NCBI GenBank assembly: GCA_041650835.1
Contig: JBAZKL010000006.1
Coordinates: 1,449 to 65,448, forward strand
DNA: 64,000 bases
Direction: 5' to 3'
Source of the DNA: Candidatus Omnitrophota bacterium
GTDB lineage: Bacteria; Omnitrophota; Gorgyraeia; Gygaellales; Profunditerraquicolaceae
Shown here: positions 45,506-56,600 of the stretch, in pieces
Numbering within the stretch: position 1 is the first letter of the stretch
Layout of the letters: the number at the start of each line of letters is the position of its first letter
Position numbers and translations under genes: made by a program
Notes under the pieces: generated by a model
What the model was told of the DNA's origin: nothing
The model's database searches: none
The model's input: the letters and a program-made list of their open reading frames with translations, nothing else

Positions 45506-45780
45506 AGTATTCCTCTCCTCTCCGACCCCAAAACAAAAAAAAGATCCGCTCCACCCCTTGGGGAGCCAGACCCTTTACGATATTAAATACCCTCCACCCG
45601 CTAACATGAGAAGTATAACACAACAACAACCATATTTCAATTACGCAGGCAGATTTATGTAAACGGTTTCACGACCCGCAATCCAGGCGACGATCCGCAA
45701 ACACACTGCTTATTTCTTCAAAAATATTTTCCTTTTTGATTCCGGGAATCTTTCCAATTCTGGAGACACTGGGATTGATT

Positions 45781-46072
45781 CTTACTCATCTATAATGAGT
45801 TATCGAGTTCTGACACCATTATGCACAGCGTCTAGGATTCTTCTATGCCTCTGCACTTAGGTAGTCTTGGTCGTCAGCAAAAACAATCTGACGATTATTC
45901 CCACGGTTTAAGACGTGATAGATTAAATCTGGCAGAATAATTCTTAAAGGACGAGGCATTGAGCGATCTTACCGTAAAACAAAATCATTCTTAGTATTTT
46001 ATTTGTATCTTCTTCATCTATAATGAGTTATCGAGTTCTGACACCATCATTTTCTACAGCGTCTAGGATTTC
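45781..46072 (+). repeat. Two ~58-bp imperfect direct repeats (tcatctataatgagttatcgagttctgacaccat...acagcgtctaggatt) 230 bp apart in a 520-bp ORF-free region
   Basis: Read directly. Copy 1 at 45781-45840, copy 2 at 46011-46072. Each begins a short plus-strand ORF MSYRVLTP...TASRI (21 and 45 codons) whose ATG sits inside a TATAAT. Confidence 0.6.
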
Positions 46073-46104
46073 CAATGTGTCCCCAGAATTGTACGGAATT
46101 GATG

Positions 46105-46728
46105 TTACATATCTAACAAGGGATATCTTCTCTGTTCTGATAGCAAGAATTCCTCCTTAGTATGCCAATGTTGTTTCCAAATCGTCATACCCCCATGATG
46201 CTGATCTAAATCCTCCAATTTCCAGTTTTTAATTGTTTTTAAAGCTTTTTCTAAAAGTCTAGAGAAAAATTTTAGCTCACCCGCATATTTAAATCTCCCG
46301 ATCTCCACATACTTACTATGTCTAGTTTCAGTCTCAAATTCATCAACTGACCAAATAACACCTACAATAAACTCATATCTTGTTCCTTGCAAATAATCTA
46401 TATATATTTGAGCTACGCCTCCGATTCTTCTTCGAAAGAAAAGACTACACTTTGGATAACCATAGGGATATTGTTCCAACAAAAAATTATACTTATTTAT
46501 ATAGTCTTGTATTACCGGAGACACTAAAGAGAATACTTCTTTAAAATTATTTATTTCATCATCACTGTAATACAAACCACCTCCTAAATCATTAAATTTC
46601 TTTTTAAGAAAATCTTCTAACTTTAATAATTGCATAATAAAACTAGCAAATCTAACAAATTTAACTTCCAATTTATGAATTAAGACATTTAGTTTGATAG
46701 CAAACCTCCTAATGTTACCGAAAACCAA
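46105..46728 (-). CDS. Putative immunity protein for the Rhs C-terminal toxin
   Basis: Sits directly 3' of the rhs toxin domain and overlaps its stop. The real start is probably the internal Met at ~46635. Markedly AT-rich compared with the neighbouring genes. No homology recognised. Confidence 0.5.
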   Translation of the reverse strand: MVFGNIRRFAIKLNVLIHKLEVKFVRFASFIMQLLKLEDFLKKKFNDLGGGLYYSDDEINNFKEVFSLVSPVIQDYINKYNFLLEQYPYGYPKCSLFFRRRIGGVAQIYIDYLQGTRYEFIVGVIWSVDEFETETRHSKYVEIGRFKYAGELKFFSRLLEKALKTIKNWKLEDLDQHHGGMTIWKQHWHTKEEFLLSEQRRYPLLDM

Positions 46729-49700
46729 GGTGTACCTTCAGGGAATCTAACCTCGGAACCACCGCCTGTTCGATGTGCCCCAAACACACCATATTCCGGT
46801 CTGTTCCAAACCTGTTCGCTCACAGTCCCTAAACTATCAACTGGAATTTTACTTGTATCCACAATTATATTAAAAAAAGCATTAGGAACAGGATCACCCA
46901 CACCATGTGGAGGTAAAGCTAACCTCTGTTGAGCCATTGCTCCAGAAGTATATATGTCTGATGTACCAAAAGAACCAGGTCGCATACCTTTTAAAAGCCC
47001 TAAAGTATCCTTTAGATATCCATAATGACGATATGCTACCAAATTAGATAATTTTCTATTGGGCGGGTGATTTATTCCAATCTGCTTTCTAACCCCGGGG
47101 TATTGATTAAGCACATTTCCAAACCCAGGGGGCGCTCCCAGTATGTCGCCTATTTGCCCAGCAGACATTCCATGCGCGATATTTTGCATACCGCTTAAAT
47201 AACTACCTTCAATTAACCCACCTGATACTGCACCGATGCCGAAACCAATAATTCCATGCTTAATTGCGTCACTAAAACTAGCGCCGCCACCTAATGCTCC
47301 AAAAAATCCACTCCCCAAGCCTATACACCCAAATTCAGTTGCCCCTATAAGAAAACCACCTCCGAAGGTAAAAGAATTTGTACCCAAAACGCCCACAAGT
47401 TGACCAGCTAAGGCAGTTCCAACAAAACCGCCCAAAACAGATCCGACTGCAGAAGCAGCGGCAATAGCCATCGGATTCCAATTACTTGTATAAATACTAC
47501 TTGCCAACAAAAGCGGAAAACCAAGAGGCAAACCAGCCCAATTTAACCCACCACTTGTAAGAAAACTTCCTACTTTGTCAAATATCTTCTTAAACCAGCT
47601 TTTAAATCCTAAACCACTTGGATCAACTAAATTTATAGGATTATTCCGGCAATACGCGTATCGATTCAAGTCCTGAGGATCATAGGGTCTCTGTATGGTA
47701 GGATCCGATGTCACAAACCGCCCGATCTCCGGGTCATAGTAGCGCGCGCCGTAGTAATATAACCCCGTATTATCCAGTTCCTTGCCCGTGAACTTATGCT
47801 TTACAACGTCACTGCCGGTAATCTGGGCGATCGTCCCATAGGGCGTATATTCCACAGACTCAATCTGCGCGCCTGACTGGTTGGTGATCACATTACTTGA
47901 TCCCAAATGGTCGCTATGATAGTAATTACGGTTTACGGTACCCGGTGTCCGGTTATCGTAATCCACACTACAGACCCGATTGGCTCCCGCGAAAATGTGC
48001 TTGGTGACCTTATTATTAGAATCTGTCTCAAAGAGCGAGCCTATATAGGTAGTTGTCCCGGAAGCACTCTCCTTCTTTACCCTGCCCCCGTCTCCATCAT
48101 AGGCGAATGTAGTTATTATACCGAGTTCATTGGCCTGAATCAAGCGATTCTCTGCGTCATACCCCAAAGTCTTATTCTTACCAACAACCATGTTACCGTT
48201 GGCGTCATACTGATAGGTATATCCTCCCGCGGAGGTTAACGCGTGCGGCCCGGCGCCTGCCCCATAGGTCATCACCCCCAAATCAGACTTATAGGTCATG
48301 TTCCCTATAGAATCATACTGATAATTATACGTCGTATACCCGCCGCCTGTTGCCGGCACGTTCGCGGCACTCATTAAACGGTCTAAATCGTCATACGTAT
48401 AGGTGCGAATATTTGATCTTAAATTATCGGTAAGTGTCGTAACATTCCCGTTTTTGTCAAAAAGGTAATTCAGGTCCTGCAGGGTTGACGCGCCTTGCGT
48501 CAAGATACGGCTTAAACGCAGGTCCTGCCCATAGGTGTAGGTGGTTTGCGTACTATTGCCGTATTGTATGGTTTTAATTTGTCCTTTAGCATTATAAGCA
48601 ATATCCTGAACATATACGGCAGCGCCCTGGACTTTTTCCAACAATCCTGAATTAGGGTCATAGCTGTAATTAACCGTTTCTCCGTCGGGATACTTTAAAC
48701 TCGCCAACCTGTCTAATGTATCATAGCTGCGCTCAACCGCATAAGAAACACCCTCCACGATTTTTATCGATTTTATCTCCCTGCCCAACTTATCATAGAA
48801 AAACTCAGTGGAACCTGATCGATCAACTATTTTCGACAACCTGCCTACGCAATTATCTTTACCTGCCTCATCATAAATATATTGCGCCAGCGGCTCAACC
48901 TCCCCTAAAGAACGCTTAACGCTCAATCGATTCAATTCATCATACTCAAAATCAAGCTCCTGGCCCAAAGCATCAACCTGCCTGATAAGATTCCCCAGCG
49001 CATCGTATTCATAGCTCCAGACGCCCATATCCGGGTCATTCATCTTGAGCTTCCTGCCGGCGGAATCATACCAGATCTGATTGGAATTACCCTTACTGTC
49101 CGTGACCTTTAAAAGATTGCCCTGCAGATCGTATTCATACGTAGTCTTATATACTCCGCCGGAAGTAAATTCCGTGACCTCTAAAACATTACCGTAAACA
49201 TCTTTTTGAGAGCCTTTTCTATGTCCCTGCGCGTCAATTGATTCCGCGTAAAGAGGATTGATATAACTAACAGAAGCTTCCGAGTCTTTAACGGTGCCGG
49301 GAAAATCTGAAATAGTTTTCTTCACCCTGCCTCGAATATCATATTCATAGCGGACATAAGAGATTTGCGCGACATCTTCATCAACATAATGCGCCAGCGA
49401 TTCTCGATCAACTAACCCGCGGTTATTAAAATAGACTTCTGAAGAGACCTGCCGGGCTGAGGTGCCGTCTTCACCGGCGGATAAACTCTTGTATTTGCGC
49501 CCCAACCCGTCAATATACTCGGTCTTGGAGAAACCCGCTTGCGTGGTGACTTTGGTATTAAAATCGGGATAGGCGCAGGTAGTAGTAACCTCGCCAAAAG
49601 CATCAGTAGACTGAAGCAGCCTGCCCAAAGAATCAAATGTAGTTGAAGAAGTATTACCATTCGCGTCAGTGACTGACTTTACCGCGCCGAACTTCGGCTC

Positions 49701-52700
49701 ATAAACGTAGGTGATCTCATGGCCCAGCGCGTTACTGACCTTACGCGGAAAGGCGTAAAAATCTGTCTCATATTCTGTAACAACCGACCTTCCTAAAGCA
49801 TTGGTCGAACTCGTTAAATTCCCAAAAGTATCATACGAATAATGCGCGTCTACCTGAGTGTAACTTGAGGTAAGCGGATCAAAGATAAAAACGGTTTCCA
49901 CAGATACATTCCCTTTAGCATCATATTCGAATGTTTTCCTGTTAACAGTATTCGCATCTTTGTCCTTTAACGTAGTCTCCAAGGGCCGGTTAAAACCGTC
50001 TTCATAAGCTTGCGTATAACTTATAGAGGTTGATCTCTCATCGCCGGTTACCGCGCTATTGCCCTCGGTGACTTCCGAGAGAAGATTACCGATACTATCA
50101 TAGGTAAAAGTATTTCGTGTCGAAAGCGATGCGGCATTCTCCTCCCAAACAGTAGTTACGGTCTCTTGTAACGCCGGGAACCCCAAAACACGTTCAGAGG
50201 GGCCGGCCTTACGGACCTCATAGGTATTCACTGTCTGGCTGATCTGACGCGCGTTACCGTCATAGGCAACGATCTTCTCGATCTGCCCTTTTAAGGCTCC
50301 GTCCTGACCGGCCTTCCCCTGAAGGAAATAGGTCTCGGTATAGTTACCTGTTACCGAGTCCGTTACCCTGACCTTATTGAATCCGCGGAACTCACGCTCT
50401 GCGGCGTCAAAATACCCGCCGGAATATAGAAAGGCCTGGGTGTAGCTTTCCTGTGTTTGGCTGGCGGGTAACGTATCTATTGAACTAATGGAGCAGGCAA
50501 CGTAAACCGGGAACGGCAGCGATGTATTTTCCGACTGCGCGGCGTAAGTATAATTGACTTGCGTCTTTGCGCCTATACCGTTATCAATTTCGGTCAGGAA
50601 ATCAGCGGGCTTATTATTTGAAAGCTGCACATTCCAGCGGTTTATCCCGATCCCATCTCGGTCAAAAACCGCCGCATCAGTTGCGCCATCCCCGTTAAAG
50701 TCCCCGCTGGAAGCAGATTCAATATCACTAAAGCCAAAGCCAAGCCATAAGCCTTTATTAATGAATTGAGTGCCGTTGGAGATGGCGTAATTCCAGGTGC
50801 AACTTGGCTTGTCCCAATAACCGATATCAGTTAAACCGTCATTGTTGAGATCTGAAACAAAAGCGTCCTGATTAACGGCAAAGCCGTTGATCCAGCTTGA
50901 GCCGTCAACAAAACCTTTCGTATTGGAAAACGCTACTTTAAATTCACCGCTTGATTTATTGAACAAACACAGGTCAGATAAAGAATCTCCGTTAAAATCC
51001 CCCGACATGGCAACAAAGCCTGTGCCTAAACCGCTCACCCAACTGCCAAAAGCGCCAAAACCAGAACCATTGCCCAGGGCAACGCGCACCTCCCCTGCAT
51101 CTTTATTATAGACGGCAAAATCAGTGTATTTGTCCGCGTTAAAATTTCCGGTAAAGGGCTGCCAGGAATACGAAGCATTAGAAAAGGTAAGCCAAGTAGA
51201 TGGTGTAGAGAAACTTGTCCCCGAGGAAAGCGCGATCTTTAATTCACCGGTCGTATTATTATAAATACCGCCATCGCTTAATCCGTCGCCGTTAAACTCC
51301 CCTCCTATCGGCCACCAGTCGCGGGAGGTCCCGAAACCGGACAACCAATCAACCGCGTTATTGAACACTCCCGCTTCTGAGATACAGATCGCCCATTTAC
51401 CGGTATCGGAATTATGCACTCCCAGGTCAGTAAGACTGTCACCGTTAAAATCACCCATGATCGGATTGATCGAATCACGGTTGGCGTTGGGGTCAACGAC
51501 ATCAACTCCCTTAGAAGCGTTTACCGTCAAACTTCCGGGATCAGTGACTATAGATGAGATCGTATGATTTCCAGCGGCGGAAAAAGTCACCGTAGTATTA
51601 ATACTGCCGAAAACAGCGCCTGTTGAGATAGAAACTCCATCTTTTTTAAGCGAATACGTCAGAGCGTCATTATCAGGATCAGTAGCATTAAGGGTTACTG
51701 AGATCACCTCATTAAGATTCACCGTATATTTATCCAGTATGAGGCTCACCTGGGGAGCCCGATTGGTATTATTAACAATAATGCGTACGTTCTGCCGGAC
51801 AGTATCAATTCCGTCGGAAGCAGTAACTCCGGCAGTATAGGTCCCGGCATCAGAATAACCGGTCAACCATTTGCCTGAATTGTCTAAAGGAACAGAGTAA
51901 TAATACGTGATCGCTTCATTATCCGCATCAGTCGCGACAGGGGCCACCGTTACCAGCGCTCCTTCACTAACGGTAATATCAGATAAGGCATTCAACACCG
52001 GCGGGTGGTTGACATTACGGATAGTTACTTTAACCTCCTGGCTGTCTTTGCGTCCGGTGGAATCAGTCGCGGAAACTGTCACCGTATAGATCCCGGAGCT
52101 CATAAAATTTGTCTGCCATTGGCCGGAGGCGTTAAGCGGAGCGGTAAAACTATAGGTTATACTGTGGCCGTCGGCGTCTGTGGCATGGGGACTGATACTT
52201 ACCAGCTGGTTCTCATTGGCCGTAACATCAGGAATAAAATCCAGGACAGGAGGATTCCCTATTCCCTCAACCAATAAGGTAACTTCATTGCTTTGAGTAA
52301 GATTACCATCGGTATCTTGAGCGCAAAAAACAGCTTTCTCGACGCCGCACCAGGCAGGATCCTGGGAAAAACTTACTGCCCGCGTAGCAGGATCGATAGA
52401 TATATTTATCGCGCTGTTGCCGCTTACCGAATAACTGAGAGCTAAACCGTCGGGACTAAAGAAATAATCATCCAGGTCAAATAAATCATTTTTTGATTCG
52501 TTAGACTTCCACCCTTGATTGTCAATGACCTGCGTTTGCAGCGGCGGGTTGGATACCACAGCCGGAACAAACCCTGAATTCAGGATATATGACTGGCTAA
52601 CAGCTCTACCGGCGCAAGATTGACCGACGGCATCCTGCCGGATCTTCGCGCTCACGCTTAGGCGGCTCGTTCCGCCAGCCGGAAAAGCAGCGGTATTTAA

Positions 52701-52832
52701 TCTATAGCTGGCGCTTACGGCAGTATAAGCAAACGCATCGCGGACCGGGCCAAAGGCCACCAGATGCAAGACAATGAGCATGCCTGAACAAAGCCGATAA
52801 ATTATACTGTTAGTTTTAAAATAGTTTTTCAT
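46689..52832 (-). CDS. RHS/YD-repeat polymorphic toxin: signal peptide, cadherin/Ig-like domains, FG-GAP beta-propeller, RHS shell, RHS core (PxxxxDPxGL) and 306-aa C-terminal toxin domain
   Basis: 2047 aa. FG-GAP repeats (GDFNGDSLTDLGV, GEFNGDGLSDGGIY, ...). TcB-like junction ADFLTEIDNGIGAKTQVNYTYAAQ. Dozens of YD repeats. Core ...YYYGARYYDPEIGRFVTSDP...YAYCRNNPINLVDPSGL. The C-terminal domain has a glycine-zipper region. Confidence 0.95.
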   Translation of the reverse strand: MKNYFKTNSIIYRLCSGMLIVLHLVAFGPVRDAFAYTAVSASYRLNTAAFPAGGTSRLSVSAKIRQDAVGQSCAGRAVSQSYILNSGFVPAVVSNPPLQTQVIDNQGWKSNESKNDLFDLDDYFFSPDGLALSYSVSGNSAINISIDPATRAVSFSQDPAWCGVEKAVFCAQDTDGNLTQSNEVTLLVEGIGNPPVLDFIPDVTANENQLVSISPHATDADGHSITYSFTAPLNASGQWQTNFMSSGIYTVTVSATDSTGRKDSQEVKVTIRNVNHPPVLNALSDITVSEGALVTVAPVATDADNEAITYYYSVPLDNSGKWLTGYSDAGTYTAGVTASDGIDTVRQNVRIIVNNTNRAPQVSLILDKYTVNLNEVISVTLNATDPDNDALTYSLKKDGVSISTGAVFGSINTTVTFSAAGNHTISSIVTDPGSLTVNASKGVDVVDPNANRDSINPIMGDFNGDSLTDLGVHNSDTGKWAICISEAGVFNNAVDWLSGFGTSRDWWPIGGEFNGDGLSDGGIYNNTTGELKIALSSGTSFSTPSTWLTFSNASYSWQPFTGNFNADKYTDFAVYNKDAGEVRVALGNGSGFGAFGSWVSGLGTGFVAMSGDFNGDSLSDLCLFNKSSGEFKVAFSNTKGFVDGSSWINGFAVNQDAFVSDLNNDGLTDIGYWDKPSCTWNYAISNGTQFINKGLWLGFGFSDIESASSGDFNGDGATDAAVFDRDGIGINRWNVQLSNNKPADFLTEIDNGIGAKTQVNYTYAAQSENTSLPFPVYVACSISSIDTLPASQTQESYTQAFLYSGGYFDAAEREFRGFNKVRVTDSVTGNYTETYFLQGKAGQDGALKGQIEKIVAYDGNARQISQTVNTYEVRKAGPSERVLGFPALQETVTTVWEENAASLSTRNTFTYDSIGNLLSEVTEGNSAVTGDERSTSISYTQAYEDGFNRPLETTLKDKDANTVNRKTFEYDAKGNVSVETVFIFDPLTSSYTQVDAHYSYDTFGNLTSSTNALGRSVVTEYETDFYAFPRKVSNALGHEITYVYEPKFGAVKSVTDANGNTSSTTFDSLGRLLQSTDAFGEVTTTCAYPDFNTKVTTQAGFSKTEYIDGLGRKYKSLSAGEDGTSARQVSSEVYFNNRGLVDRESLAHYVDEDVAQISYVRYEYDIRGRVKKTISDFPGTVKDSEASVSYINPLYAESIDAQGHRKGSQKDVYGNVLEVTEFTSGGVYKTTYEYDLQGNLLKVTDSKGNSNQIWYDSAGRKLKMNDPDMGVWSYEYDALGNLIRQVDALGQELDFEYDELNRLSVKRSLGEVEPLAQYIYDEAGKDNCVGRLSKIVDRSGSTEFFYDKLGREIKSIKIVEGVSYAVERSYDTLDRLASLKYPDGETVNYSYDPNSGLLEKVQGAAVYVQDIAYNAKGQIKTIQYGNSTQTTYTYGQDLRLSRILTQGASTLQDLNYLFDKNGNVTTLTDNLRSNIRTYTYDDLDRLMSAANVPATGGGYTTYNYQYDSIGNMTYKSDLGVMTYGAGAGPHALTSAGGYTYQYDANGNMVVGKNKTLGYDAENRLIQANELGIITTFAYDGDGGRVKKESASGTTTYIGSLFETDSNNKVTKHIFAGANRVCSVDYDNRTPGTVNRNYYHSDHLGSSNVITNQSGAQIESVEYTPYGTIAQITGSDVVKHKFTGKELDNTGLYYYGARYYDPEIGRFVTSDPTIQRPYDPQDLNRYAYCRNNPINLVDPSGLGFKSWFKKIFDKVGSFLTSGGLNWAGLPLGFPLLLASSIYTSNWNPMAIAAASAVGSVLGGFVGTALAGQLVGVLGTNSFTFGGGFLIGATEFGCIGLGSGFFGALGGGASFSDAIKHGIIGFGIGAVSGGLIEGSYLSGMQNIAHGMSAGQIGDILGAPPGFGNVLNQYPGVRKQIGINHPPNRKLSNLVAYRHYGYLKDTLGLLKGMRPGSFGTSDIYTSGAMAQQRLALPPHGVGDPVPNAFFNIIVDTSKIPVDSLGTVSEQVWNRPEYGVFGAHRTGGGSEVRFPEGTPWFSVTLGGLLSN

Positions 52833-53605
52833 AATTTCATGATAAAAGCTATCGCGTAATAAGGAGGCAAGTTATTGTGAGCTACGCCCCCGCCGGTTGC
52901 CGCTGTTTGTCCTCCAACAGTATTCATGGCGCTGGCAATTTTTGATTCGCTACCCGGATAATCGGAACCGGAGAGATAAACCCCGTGAGTATGCGCCGGC
53001 AGCTCCGCGACGGTCAATATATGAGCCGCTTCCCCGCCGGTTTGCAACAGGACACCGCTCACATTCGATTTCACAAGCCCGGCAGAATCCTGCCTGCCGC
53101 CCACCACGAATTTATCCCTGAGATCCGGCGTGCCATTCGTTCCGTCACAAAGCACCCAGCCCTCCGGGATCGCCGCGATCGTCCCCGACCACATTGCAAC
53201 AACTCCCCGCGGGAGACTGTCGGTATGCTTCGAACGCATCGCGTACGCGGCGCTTGACATCCGCTGACGAGGAGCCATGACTTCGCTGCCAACTTTGATC
53301 TCCAGGAAATACGCCATATCAAAAGCAAGCCCAAGATCCGTTACCGACCCTAAAAGCACATTAAAGATCCCCTTCTGCACTACTACAGCAGGCTGTATCT
53401 CTTCCCAAAGCAGATTCCCGGCAGTTTCAGCGTCATATATTCTAAAAGTAAGGCTATATGTCCCTTCCAACGGCTGTCCGCTGGTATCAGTCAGGCGGCC
53501 CTGATAATTGATCAGTTCCGGCACCGCCGCATAAATAGCGGCGGACGGACAGACGACAGCATAGAGTAGTAGTATTGAAAGTAATATTAACTTTAAGTTT
53601 TTCAT
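52829..53605 (-). CDS. Phage tail-collar domain protein (MdpB / microcystin-dependent protein family), secreted
   Basis: Signal peptide. VAMWSGTIAAIPEGWVLCDGTNGTPDLRDKFVVGG matches the tail-collar consensus. C-terminus ends NNLPPYYAIAFIMKL. Stop overlaps the rhs start (ATGA). Confidence 0.8.
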   Translation of the reverse strand: MKNLKLILLSILLLYAVVCPSAAIYAAVPELINYQGRLTDTSGQPLEGTYSLTFRIYDAETAGNLLWEEIQPAVVVQKGIFNVLLGSVTDLGLAFDMAYFLEIKVGSEVMAPRQRMSSAAYAMRSKHTDSLPRGVVAMWSGTIAAIPEGWVLCDGTNGTPDLRDKFVVGGRQDSAGLVKSNVSGVLLQTGGEAAHILTVAELPAHTHGVYLSGSDYPGSESKIASAMNTVGGQTAATGGGVAHNNLPPYYAIAFIMKL

Positions 53606-53686
53606 AGTACCCTTCTCCTTGTTTTGGAATTTAACAATATTCGTAATATTTAATATTCTTCATATAACACTATTCCACGCTGCACG

Positions 53687-56600
53687 CTACTTTGCTTTCT
53701 GATAGCTGAAACGCTGCGCCGGCATAGTCTTGCCGTCAGAACCGCTCTGCGTTACAGAGCTCAATAACGAACGGTTGGTATCCTGGCTATAGCTATATTC
53801 CAACTCATAGCGCCAAACCAGCTCAGAATCAACTTTGACCTGTATCTCTTTTAAGCGCTTTGCGGTAGCGACTTTCGCGCCGCTCAAATAACTTGAGGGA
53901 ATATCTTCACGCGATTCCAAAAAGAATTCAACGCTGTTCGTCGGAGTAACACCCGCGTCATTACCGGTATAATCTATACGGCTTAAATATATTTTCCCCT
54001 GGTCTTTTGAATAATTGAACTCGATATAATTTCCGTTTGTATCGCTGGCCTTTGTTACATGCCAACTGAATGTGCCCGCACTTGCCCCCTCTTTAGCGTC
54101 CTGCGACTGCCCGAATCGAAGGACACTCCCATCTTTTCCCACTACCCTCCAGGAATCATCCGTCTCTTTAAAATATTTTGCAAATCCTGATTCTATCTTT
54201 GCCTGATAGAGGTTATCGATCAACCAGATTAACTCAGTCGTACCGCTGTCAGTGACCAGATAAAAACTATCCTGGTTATCTATATACGTAGGAGGGCCGA
54301 GCTTAGTTGAACGCACGATATATCCGGGGTTCAAACTATAGCCTAATCCAACCCAGGAATTAGCATTTGAAGAGCGATACGAAAGCGCTAACCCCGGCTG
54401 TAACCCTTTTCTTCCCGGCGGCACCGTAATAGGGATCGCGTGGCCAAAAGCTCCGGTGAACATATCCGGTAAAGGGATATTCACTCCCCCGCCGATAGGA
54501 GTGCCTTGAGAAGTAAGATTCTTCAATGCCGCGTAGGTAGAAAAATGAAAAAGACTGAAATTCAGGGTATATCCATCTGTCGGTACTATCGAAACCTGCC
54601 CTTGAGGAAGTATTTTCCCCTGTACCGCGTCATACAACCCTAACTCCACGCGCGTGCCGGGGATCTCCGCCTGGTATAAGGTATAGATCAACCGGACAGG
54701 CTTATAAAACACCAATCCATAAGGCTTACATTCCACCGCGCTTAAAAGCGAACTATTATCAGGCGCGCTTTGCTCTAATATTTCTTTACTCACATTCAAG
54801 ACTTTGATCTGCTTGGTCTCTGTCAAAGCTCCCTCAGGGATAATGATCTTGATCTTTCCGTCAGCAGAGCTAACCTCGCCGCCTGCCGGGCCGATCGCTT
54901 TGCCTAAGTATAAATAAACGGTTACTGAACTCGACGCTAAATTACCGGCAGCATCCCGGGAAGTCTTAGTTAAAACGTTTCCTCCCTCCTGAAGAAGAGA
55001 GCGTGTCTCAGAAAACGCGGCACCATCCACGGTTCCGGTTAATAAAATTTGAGCTTCTTCGGCCACGCTCCCCTCTTGAGGAGAAGTTATTTTGATAACG
55101 GGCGCTGTCTTATCGATGGTAAAATTTATCGTCTGCGTCGATTTATTCCCCGCTTTATCCTCAGCGGTAAGAGTAGCTGCGTGGGCCTTTTCAATTACAT
55201 AGGGAGAATCATCTCCGGCCACGGTAATTTGGCTGGGTGGAGTAAAATTATCAGTCAAGGCATAAGACAGAGTAACACTCGAATTGGCCGGGCTTAAAAC
55301 GGAATTAATGCTGATCGCCGGCGGCGTGGTATCCAGAAGGATAGTATCAGAAAAGCACGACGACCAATTCCCTGCCGCGTCCTTATATCTTACATATACG
55401 GTCTTTGTGCCCTCACCTGCCGGTAGTGCCCATGATTTGCTTACCGCGTAGGGTTCAGCAGCCGACCAGGCCGAGTTATCATTAGAAAACTGCATCTGGG
55501 AGATACCGCTGCCGCCGCTGTTATCCTGCGCGGATAAACTTAAAGTAACCGCAGTAAACCTTGTATACTGATCATCATTATTTATCTTGATCGTCCCGGC
55601 AGGAGGGGTGATATCGGTATAAATGGTCCATGTCCCTTTATGAACCAGGCTCAGCGTTGCTCCCGCGTCATCCTGGGCAGAAAGATAAAGATTCTTTGCG
55701 CCGCCGGAGGCTGTTTTAAAAATTACGTTCCAATTGATACTCAGGGTATTTCCTGAACCGGAAGCAGTTGTTTTCGAGCAATCAAGCTTAGCGTAAGAAT
55801 TTTCAAGGACTTTCGAACTACCAGGGGCATATCCGCCTGACCAGATTGAATTACTCGTGTTTCGCAGATAGAGTTTATTCGTATTTTGATTATAGTGGAT
55901 GTAAAAACAATTGGTCAGGGAAGTTGACGTGTTGCTCAAAAAATAAGCGCTATTGATATTCTGCCAACCATCCGGGTCTATGAATGAACTTGAGAAATTA
56001 ACCGAGTTATTGATGATAGAGCTTCCGGAAACAGGAGAAATAGTGCCGATTTGAGGGCTGCTATTCGCAATTGTCCAAGTACCTTTTTTAACATAACCGG
56101 AAGAAGCCCCGAGAGTGTCATAAACACAAGTATATGTGTTCTTTACACCGGTAAACGGTTTTTTTACTACTATTGACCAGGTAACTGAAAAATTCACTCC
56201 GCTTCGCGTCACGGACGTCAAAGCGCAGTTGAGCTTCGCGAATGAATTCTCGATGATGTTACTTGCGCCGGGAGCATACCCGCCTATCCAGGCAGTATTA
56301 TCATCATTACGTACATAAAGCTTATTAGTTGTTTGATTGTAATAAAAAGAAGGACAATTTAAACCAGAACTAGTAGTATTAATTAAAAAATATACAAAAT
56401 CAATATTCACGCAACCATCAGCGTCGGAGAAAGAAGCGGTAAACGTTTGCGCCGTTTCAACAGTCCCGGTGCCTGCAGCGGGAGTGATCAAACCCGTGAC
56501 GGGTATATACGTAACAGTGCATGTCCCTTTCAAGGTCCATCCTACCGAAATGCCGGACTGTTCATTCACATAAAGATAAGCATTATATTTATTTCCTAAA

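Noticed and set aside
45586-46104. tRNA or other structured RNA gene in the ORF-free gap
   Set aside because: No GTTCGA/T-loop-like motif or acceptor-stem complementarity was visible by eye in the repeats (…ttctgacaccat). I cannot run tRNAscan, so this is only a weak rejection.
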